Positions 1 to 8,515 of a DNA stretch of 20,000 nt are shown here, one piece after another. The stretch's first letter is position 1; every line of letters begins with the position of its first letter. Origin of the DNA: Ancylonema sp. (Eukaryota); assembly GCA_050230475.1 (NCBI GenBank), contig JBFLGF010000091.1, positions 48,946-68,945 of the forward strand, read 5' to 3'. A program made the translations under genes and the position numbers. The notes below the pieces were generated by a model. That model was given only the letters and a program-made list of their open reading frames with translations, was not told where the DNA came from and searched no databases.

Positions 1-1110
1 ATGACGAGACTGAGCGTTTGCCCGTTTCCGTCCAGCTGTCCTCCTATGGATGGAGAGTTTTTCTCCAACCAATCAGGAGACGGCTTTTTGGGACGGGCAG
101 CCGGAAAAACAAATCTTTTGGATTTCGGTGCTGTGACGTCGAAACGAGGCATTTGTCTGAGAGGAAAAGGGGGGACAAGAATATATATAGATACACAGAA
201 ATACAAACCGGGTAGAGGGTGCAGTTGGTTTGAAGTTAAAGGTAGGGTTGTGAGCAGAGGCCTCATTGAGAAGAGGATATGGTGACGTTTGGAATGTTAC
301 ATTTCGGAGTCAAGTTTTTGTGCCTTTGGGTAGGGAAGGGGGGGAAGTGTTTAGGATATCTGGTGAAGCTCATGTCAGATGCACAGTTGAGGGTTTAGAT
401 TGCCAGTTCAGAGTTTGAGGAGTTGTGATTAACGGTGGAAGAAGGCGATTGTGCATGACAACCTTGCAGACAATGATCACCTGATCACTGATCACTGGCT
501 GTGAATGATATTCGTTCTCATGATAATTTGTGAATTATGCATTAAAGATCCGAATATGTTTGGGTACGTGCCCGGAAATGGACCATGAGGGACCAAGGGG
601 ATGAGTGGTTTGGAATCATAGTTGGGCGTGCACAACTAAAATCGCGCACATGTTTTGAACCTTTGGGCGATGTGCACATGATTGGAACGTGAGCGCTCAA
701 CCCCTTGCACCAAACTAGGAAAGATCACTTTAAAAATCGCATGAAATGCCGCTTACTAGTGTGAGTTACGGCTTCAACTTAATTTTTAAAATAAATGTTT
801 TTTTTTTTTAATGCTATGGGGTGCGGGATGCAGACATGTTCCAAACAAATGCGCCAAACCCGCGGAATGTATGTGCCTACGTATGTATGGACCTGATGTA
901 TGTTTGAAGATACACCCTACACACTTAAATGGAGTGGTGGCCGAAGTCGAATCATTGTACTCGAATGAGCGACAATCGAATGAAAGACATCAACCATTCT
1001 AGGTGGCGCGAATCGGATATGCATGTTAATGAAAGCATAGTAGATCCCCGAGCCGAAAAATATGCGCGCCAGCTTGAAGCTGGAGTGCGCGCGTGCCGGC
1101 TCGGTGCCCG

Positions 1111-1772
1111 CGCGCGCCAGCTCGGAGCCGAGCTCGCGAAAACCGCGAGCGGAGTGGGACCCACAGGAAAATATAAAAAACGAATGGCAGCCCCGTCCCC
1201 CGATAAGTGGTGGACTATTATGCTTGGGTAGTACTGGTTTATAACACGTTGTAATCCGTCATTATCCCGTCACCCGTTCACAAAGTCCCCTTGTCGTTTG
1301 GAAGTAACAATTATGTCGTTTAGCACGTCTGCCGGTCATCGTATTTTTCCGTACCATCGTTGTCCTCCTGGTCCATTGTAATATGTGACACTCATAGATT
1401 TTGGTTGTCGTTTGTGCCACAAAATCTATCAGTTTCTTAAAAAATCACGGATCTGATGGCTGACCATTGCTTAGTGCCGCGTCCCTCCCCCATGTGTCGT
1501 CGGATTCCCGAGATGTCAGAAGATCTATAAGATTCGCTATATAATCTTTCACTTGCCAAAGGAATACCGGATTCGACGAGCACAATCTCTCCAGTGACCA
1601 CCAGAATATGGTTACTATGGTCGGGACATATCGGTAACTAGTAACTACCTGCTTGGCAGAGGACGATTTGTACTCATTCGCATTTCGGTGTTTATTTTTT
1701 TGCCAGGCGGGTCGCGGACGCGCGCCGAATCGGAGCTGGGCTCGCAAATTCCGCGAGCGGAGCGGGACTCAC
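1111..1772 (+). repeat. 54-bp GC-rich direct repeat pair (1111-1164 and 1719-1772) with an internal hairpin
   Basis: cgcgcgcc....cggagc...gctcgc-N7-gcgagcggag.gggac.cac; 44/54 identical by eye. Confidence 0.8.
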
Positions 1773-1892
1773 TATGAATGAAAGCCCTCAACAAGCATGA
1801 TCATGTTACATACATATTCTTCCCACCACCAAGCTAGCAGATAAGACGAGTTGTGTAGTGTGATAAGGAGTCTTAAGGTAGAAGCTACCAAT

Positions 1893-2112
1893 CATAGTTG
1901 CGTCCCGGACCGTCCGGGGATCTCCGGACGCGTCCGGAACGCGTACGGGCCCGGACGCGTCCCGGACGCGTCCCGGACCCGGACGCCAGAGCCAAAATCT
2001 GATATTCATATGTTTGGAACCTTTTTTTTTACAATTAGTTGCGTTCCGGACGGTCCGGGGCCGGACGTGTCCCGGGCGCGTCCGGCATCCTCGCGTCCGG
2101 GACGCAACTATG
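1893..2112. mobile_element. hAT-type MITE, 220 bp
   Basis: Perfect 18-bp TIRs catagttgcgtcccggac (1893-1910) and gtccgggacgcaactatg (2095-2112). 8-bp TSD ctaccaat (1885-1892) / cttccaat (2113-2120), 1 mismatch. Many subterminal ccggac(gcgt) motifs. No coding capacity. Confidence 0.9.
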
Positions 2113-2550
2113 CTTCCAATTGATTTATACAATGAAGTCTATCTAAATTAATAATGTCGAAACCGGAAATAAAAAACATCAATTACTTAAATGATGGAAG
2201 TAGAGACGGACTCAACACTTGGTCGCACAAAACAAGGCGGTCAAACGGCGGTCAAGGCAGTTAGAAATGGATAACACAAAAATTATGCACGACTCACGGA
2301 GTGGAACCCCCTTTTTTTTTGGTGGCATCTTCGCAAAAAGGGAGGTGAAAAAACACCACGAAGTCTGAAAATTGTTCATAAACGACTATCTCAAAGCCAC
2401 TTAAAAACACATGAAATCGTATTCAATTCTCTGTAGAAAATCAATTTCGTCTAACTAACAAGTCTCATCAAAAGTTGTTGAAATCATACACCCGCTCACT
2501 TCAAGTTACCGGCTTTTATAAGTTGTCGAAGCATGCTAGCTTGAACATGG

Positions 2551-4719
2551 TCATGGAGCTTTTCCTATCTCTTCCTCCCATGCAGCTCCATTCTTTGCGA
2601 TGACCGCTAGGCATGCATCTCTTACAGGTGTTGCCTCAAAAGCATCCGCATCCAAGAAAACAGCAATGACGTTTGTGAGCGTGATGTGATCTTTGAGCAA
2701 TCCCTCCACAGTCTCCACGAGTCCGGGAGCAAGGTACTTGTCACCCATAGCCCACAGTTGAGCGACATCGAGAACCGGGCCCTTGGATGGCAACTCCAGG
2801 GTGTACACGTACTTCAAAAATTGTTCCACTCCAACGCGTGTGAATTCTTTCATGTCAATGCACTTCGTTTGCGTTTCCTTCATTTCGATTGTTTGCATCG
2901 CCTTGAACACAGGGGAGGCGGCCATCTGCGTCAAAGTGGGCACGTGGTTTTCTCATTTCTTTCACAAGACAAGTTACAGACGAGCACAGATTTGCCATGC
3001 AAGTCCACATCAATTGAGCATCATCAAATAACTCACAAGCTAATGTTATATCTTTATGGACATTTCGTCGTGATTTGTTCTGCAGAGCAATGCTCTCAAA
3101 TCACACGCGCCTTTCCCTATATTACGCCATGCATTATAAAATGTGAACATATACTTTTGCGTAAGAAATCTTTGCTACCATGAACAAAAACTCAGCTCAT
3201 AGTGAGCAGGTTTAAGATAATGCCACTTTCTTGCATTTCCTTTTCCAAATGCAAGTATGAGGATCACATGAAAGTAACTTCTTGGAAAAAAAAAAAAAAC
3301 AAAAAAAAAAACATTAAATTAAATTATTAGATCATCACATTTGAACTTCAAGGAATAACCACTAGGAATATACGCTACACACTACGTCATCCTCAACTAG
3401 TTTTGCGTCCGCACATTAACAACTCACCAACACCAACGCGTGAGCTACTAAGCTATCTGTGCTTGTTGTGATCGTCACGTCGGCACTCAGCTTTTCCTCC
3501 CGGAACTCCCACATTTTTTCCCCAATGACAACCTTGGGTGCCTAAACAATCCAAAAAACGCATGCATAAAAAACGCCTTTGAGTGAATGGTGATGTCATG
3601 TCAAAAAGAGGTCACATGTTCGGACATTATTTTTACCACACAAGTACACAATGTTGCAACACAAAAGGAGAAACAAGAGGGCGATCCGCATCAACAACAA
3701 GTCCTTGTTGTGCAAGCCTACTTGAACCCTGAAGTGGTGTGAAAATCATTGGAAAGTTAGGAAGGTTGAGAAGAAGCGTTGAAACATGCAACTCGTTCTG
3801 ATTTGATCAGATGGAACGCCTATGATCAGAGGGGTGGTCCTGTCACTCCAAAGCATGAGATCTGACCTCCATGTGCACTTTCAGCTTCATGGTGTCCCCT
3901 ACTAGGTACCCGTTGGAAGGGTCATGGAGGGACTCGAGGGAGAGAAAGTTGGGCCAACCAAAACCTTTTTTTGATGGAAGAATGTGGCAAACCTCTGCAA
4001 AGCGAAAGGGAACCGAAAAGTGACCATCACAATGCTCTACAACACTTCATTATAGAAGACTCGCACCACATCGTGTGATAAATGACTACGCGATTGCAAT
4101 CATTGGCAGGATGTGTATAGGTTCCGTGAAGTCTTTTCCTAAGCTCGCAAAAATTCAAGGTAAACCGCTATCACGTAATACTGCTCCAAACATTACCATG
4201 AACGAGGGACTTTCGTTTCGCTACTTGAGCCTCCAGCGTGATAGAACAAAAGATTTCGTCTGTATCATTTTCCATCTCGTTTTGGAGATAGATGCTGATG
4301 GTGCCATCGGATTCAGTGTTACCCTTTGGATAAATGACTACTGAACTGCCACAAGAAATGCAGAGGAGGTTGTATGAGCTCGTGTCACGCAAGGTAGGTG
4401 AGTGTGTTGGCTACGGTAGGGTCTCAAACGTTCAGTTGGCAGTTTCAACACAGTATAGACCCGCACACGCCTTCCTACCCCCAAATAAGAGTCATCCATA
4501 GTACCAATTCTCAGGTACTCTGGATTATTCTAGATACTTGGGTCACCTCATGATCATTGATGGCCGGATAATCACGACAAAGAGAAAATAGGTCAAGACA
4601 AGAGGGTCGGGAGATGAACAATACCACAACATTCCATAGTATGAAAATTCGTCAGATTTCAGCCTCAGATCCGTGATCTCTGAAAATCGCGGAATGGTCC
4701 AGACAAGCGCCTCCTTCAT
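2551..4719 (-). CDS. MATH-BTB/POZ domain protein (SPOP/BPM-like CUL3 substrate adaptor), 5 exons, ~286 aa
   Basis: Hand-spliced exons on the minus strand with GT-AG ends and compatible phases: 4719-4625, 4345-4197, 3994-3867, 3541-3428, 2925-2551 (861 nt). MATH motifs: LVWTIPRFS..SDEF..G, VIYPKGN..ISIYL, GFGWPNFLSLESLHDPSNGYLVGDTMKLKV. BTB motifs: ADVTI..AHALVLMAASPVFKAM..FLKYVYT..GDKY. Followed by a BACK-like helical tail. An extra small exon in intron 3 or a 5' UTR exon cannot be excluded. Confidence 0.88.
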
Positions 4720-4756
4720 TTCGATATTTCTTGCTTGCTCGTGAGACTACGCCTTA

Positions 4757-4783
4757 CAGCCGTACAGCCGTACAGCCGTACAC
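4757..4783. repeat. 8-bp tandem repeat (ACAGCCGT)x3 just upstream of the MATH-BTB start codon
   Basis: acagccgtacagccgtacagccgtaca read directly from the sequence. Confidence 0.85.
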
Positions 4784-6087
4784 CTGTGGCACTCCACAGG
4801 TTGGACCCCCACTTGCTACTTCCGTTTGCTGACCTACTCAATCATATGGGTGAGAAACAGACATCAACAGATTCAAATGTGTCGCCACTGTCCAAGCGAT
4901 ATGCCGTTCGACTGACTTGTGATGAAGATGCATATGAGAACCTCTGGATTTTTTCGCCGACTGATTCTCCTATCCAGATCCATCGTTGTCCAACGACGGG
5001 TCTAAGAGAACACCGGAAAGCGAAAGGAAGGCGGGGAAGGTACGCACTAGATATCAGGCAAAGTAATCTTGAAAAAGAGAAACGAAAGCTAGAATTTCCA
5101 GCCCAAAAAAAATCCCACGTTGTAGAGTTTGATTGCAGCGACGTTTGGTTACAGCGCGTTTACATATCTCTGGATGGACACATGCGTGTCTGTTCAACAC
5201 GTACCTGGATATAAAAACGTTGCCTGCAGGGACACGTGCGTGTCCCTGCAAGCACCATTGTCTGTTCCTACCTCGATTCGAAGTACATATGACCTACCGC
5301 CGAGAGGGCATACATACCTCGAATCCGAGGTAGGAGAAGGCCGATAGGTCTGTGCATAGATGGGCGCGCATCGCGCGCAAGATTTGTGGCAAGCGCGCGC
5401 GCAGTAGTGAGTACGGTTTCATTTTTAGGGCCTAAAATGGCCGGCGATGATTAATAATTCATTATTAATCATTATTAAGGGTAAACCTTAACAATGTTAA
5501 TAATTCATGAGTTACATCTTTGTTTGATTAAAAATTAATGCTGATCACAATAGTCGAGTTGAAAATTAGAAATAATGAATATTTAGCATGCTTTTTTATC
5601 ATAATATTAATCGACATACTAACGAACGGATTACTGACATAAAACATCCCACAAGAGTTATTTGTTGTATTTTTGGCATGGGTACAAGACATCAAGGTAG
5701 TTCACATGGACATGGAATGAGTGTTCAATTGTTGTAGACTAGTAATTGAATATAACAAAAGCCCATACTTCATCGCCTTTGTAAATGTGATAGTGTCGTA
5801 TCGAATAGGATTGTTACTAGCAAGCACAACTACACCATCTCAAACGACAACTTACACCCAAAAATTCCCAGTTTTGGTGTGCAAAACTTGTCTTATCAAT
5901 CTCATTACCCCTTTGTGCCGCAGCACAACTTCTTCATACTTCACGAGTCTCCTCCATCAATCATCTCATCATACACCACCAAATGTTTTAACTATTATCC
6001 AAAGCAACGAAATGCAGTGGTTGCCAATATGCGCAACGAAACTGACGCACACTAAGGCTCAATGGTATTCCAGCTAACAGCAAGTAA

Positions 6088-6518
6088 TGTTAGGAGTGGA
6101 ATAAAATGGAACTCCTAGCAATCTATGTTGCAAGTGCACACACAAGGAAATGGAAAAATTAGCCGATAGGATGGAGGCTAATGAGCCGATGATCAAATGG
6201 TGTGGTTGTTGTGGTAGGCACAAAAAGGTGCAAGTACATGAGTTAATAGGAATGCTCTAAAGGCATTCCTATAGACTATATATAGTGAAAGTCGACTCTC
6301 ACAACTATAATCAAGATGTGGGATAACTAGAACTCGTTATAAGAACAAAGTGGAAAGCTAAGGGTCAGGACTCGATATAAGGACAAAGTCGCTAGGCACA
6401 CATATCACTATAAAGGGACAAAACTCGCTATAGGGAAAATTGCGCTAGTAGCGCTCTCTAGTGCTAAGTGTGGGAGCCTCGCTAGGGAGCCCTAGTGACT
6501 ATAGCGAGGGTCAGAACA
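6088..6518 (-). mobile_element. 3' LTR of a Ty3/Gypsy chromovirus (~431 bp)
   Basis: Starts TGTT on the minus strand at 6518, 2-3 nt after a polypurine tract, and ends AACA at 6088 (TGTT..AACA inverted termini). Contains a TATA-like tatatata (6277-6284) and U3 repeats. The 6088 end is inferred from the terminal motif only, since no second LTR is available. Confidence 0.72.
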
Positions 6519-6520
6519 AT

Positions 6521-6531
6521 ACCCCCCCCTC
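6521..6531 (-). other. Polypurine tract (PPT) of the chromovirus
   Basis: Minus-strand GA followed by a G8 run, overlapping the pol stop codon and immediately preceding the LTR TG. Confidence 0.8.
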
Positions 6532-7105
6532 AAGGCGCGGACCGCGATGAGGGAGGCGCCGGCCGATCTGGAAACGCGGCATGACAGTAGGCGACCACGT
6601 CGGGAGCATGTGTCATGTTTTTTGCAGGCTCCCAAGAACGTTCTGATTCGTCGTAGCCGACCCAATCCACAAGGTAGAACAGCTTGCCACGTAGTATTTT
6701 GGAATCGAGGACCTCTGCCACCTCTCTCTCTGGTGCGCCGTCCACACTGACTAGAGGAGGAGGCGCCACGACACGACCGGGGAACGTGTTGGGATTGTGT
6801 GGGTCCAGGAGGCTAACGTGGAAGACTGGGTGGAATTTGATGGAGGACGGCGGCTCCAAGCGATAAGCCGAGGTCCCGATCTGGCCAATCACAGGGAAGG
6901 GCCCCATACGACGGACATCTAATTTCGACGAAGGACGAGTGGAGCCGACGTGGCGGCGTAACAGCCAAACCTTTTGGCCTGGGATGAGAATCGGGGCGGA
7001 CATGTGCTTCCGATTGGCTGACGTCTCCATAGCGCGCAGACGGTTCCAGTCCGTAACTTGCAAACCAACGAGGGTCAAACCTTGCTAACTTGTCTGACCA
7101 CTCCA
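6530..7105 (-). pseudogene. Truncated Ty3/Gypsy pol C-terminus: integrase GPY/F domain plus chromodomain (chromovirus, Tcn1-like)
   Basis: ORF 6530..7078 has GQKVWL..RPSSKLD..MGPFPV..AYRL..HPVFHVSLL (GPF/SH3-like), then EVAEVLDS..YLVDWVGY..SWEP (chromodomain). Integrase core, RT and RNase H are absent, and homology is lost near 7030-7105. Confidence 0.9.
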
Positions 7106-8515
7106 CGGAGGGTTTTTACAGCAGTGAGGCCGGTTTTACAACCCGCCTTTTCAGACGCTTCTATCCGGTATAAATCTTACCCTGTGTACCACCTTCGGGT
7201 TGCACTCTCCCCAATCTCTTAACATTAGAGAGGCTGTTAACTTTACCCAGTCTTTGTAATTTGGAAGTGCTCTTGCAAAAGACATTTCTAGACTGCATTG
7301 ACTACTTCCTGTCAGATACTTTTTCATCTGGTTACCAGTGGTTCGCTTACATTGAGCTCCGTCTCTATCCCCTGTGAGGACCTAGTGCCCACCTGATCTT
7401 CCTATAAAGGTTACACCTGAGATTTCATCTCTTTCCCCCTCCGAGATAGCCCCAGGGCTCAAAGATTTACCACGCCTATCTGGGGGTACCACGTGGTGCC
7501 AGAACCCTTACTTACTGCGTATCGAACGCGTGGGCTTGTTACACCACCCCTTGTTCACAGGTGCTTTACACGCTTCTACACAGGATTTTTGCTTGCAAAA
7601 TCAACTCATCTAATTCACATTTGAGCTGAAACAATTGCACTTTGAGTTTTGAATAAGCATTTTTGCGGTTCAACTGAAATTGTTAATTCAAGAACTTTAC
7701 CCGGAGCGCAAACTCATCGAGTGGAGGAGTACAACTTCTGCCATCAAGCTCAATGGATCATAGAAAAAAAAATCGAGTCTACAAGGCAGTGAATCTGTTT
7801 CAATACACTTCTGAGGCTGTATTCTTTTACTGGTTCGAGGGATTTACAGCGCTACGCGTTACCCCCTCTCGCAGAACGCAGTCTTCAGAAATAAATAAGA
7901 AACTTCGGCAGGCTGCCATTTTGCGTGTATTTAGTGGAAAAATACGTCCTTTTACGACAAGGTTGCAGTAATTCTGCCAGAATAAAAAAAACAATTAAAT
8001 CCAAGCATTATCGGGGAAGATATTTAAGATCCAATCCTGCAGCTACTGAACCATCAACTTTTTATGGGGTGACAACCGGCGGTTTCATCCAGTCAAAACA
8101 GTCTCTAGAACAGCAGTTTTCTTTGTTTCAGCCCAAAATAGGTCAAATTGTGTATACCTAAGTTTAATACAATATTAAAAAAAAACAGTGGATTCCCAGT
8201 TATCTGGAGGAATTTGTAGTGGAAACTCTAGAGCAGACCAGACGATTTTTGGCCAGAAAGTGTTTTTTTGGCAAAAATACCGATGTTCGAGAGAAAATTT
8301 TTACCGACAATTTTTTCCTGTCAACCTCACCCTTGATAAGGAATTACCAAGCCCCTAACTTTTCCGACGAAGGTTTCGTTGCGAATCGGCACAACGTTGA
8401 GTGCAAGCTAAATTCGGAGGATTTCTGCTAGTCTCGGATTTACGCGTTTACCCCCCTTTACCCGGTTTTTCGACTCGGACTGACTTCGAGCTCGCACAAA
8501 ACCTAACACACAATC

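Noticed and set aside
1..1250. Short ORFs, CCAAT/TGACG/TATA-like motifs (66-190) and a weak Helitron-like hairpin plus CTAG near 740-760
   Set aside because: No recognisable domains or splice pattern. The motifs are too short to support a call without transcript or copy-number data.
7494..7507. Possible PBS tggtgccagaacc
   Set aside because: Imperfect similarity to a tRNA-Leu end, and the upstream sequence does not recur as a 3' LTR in the window.
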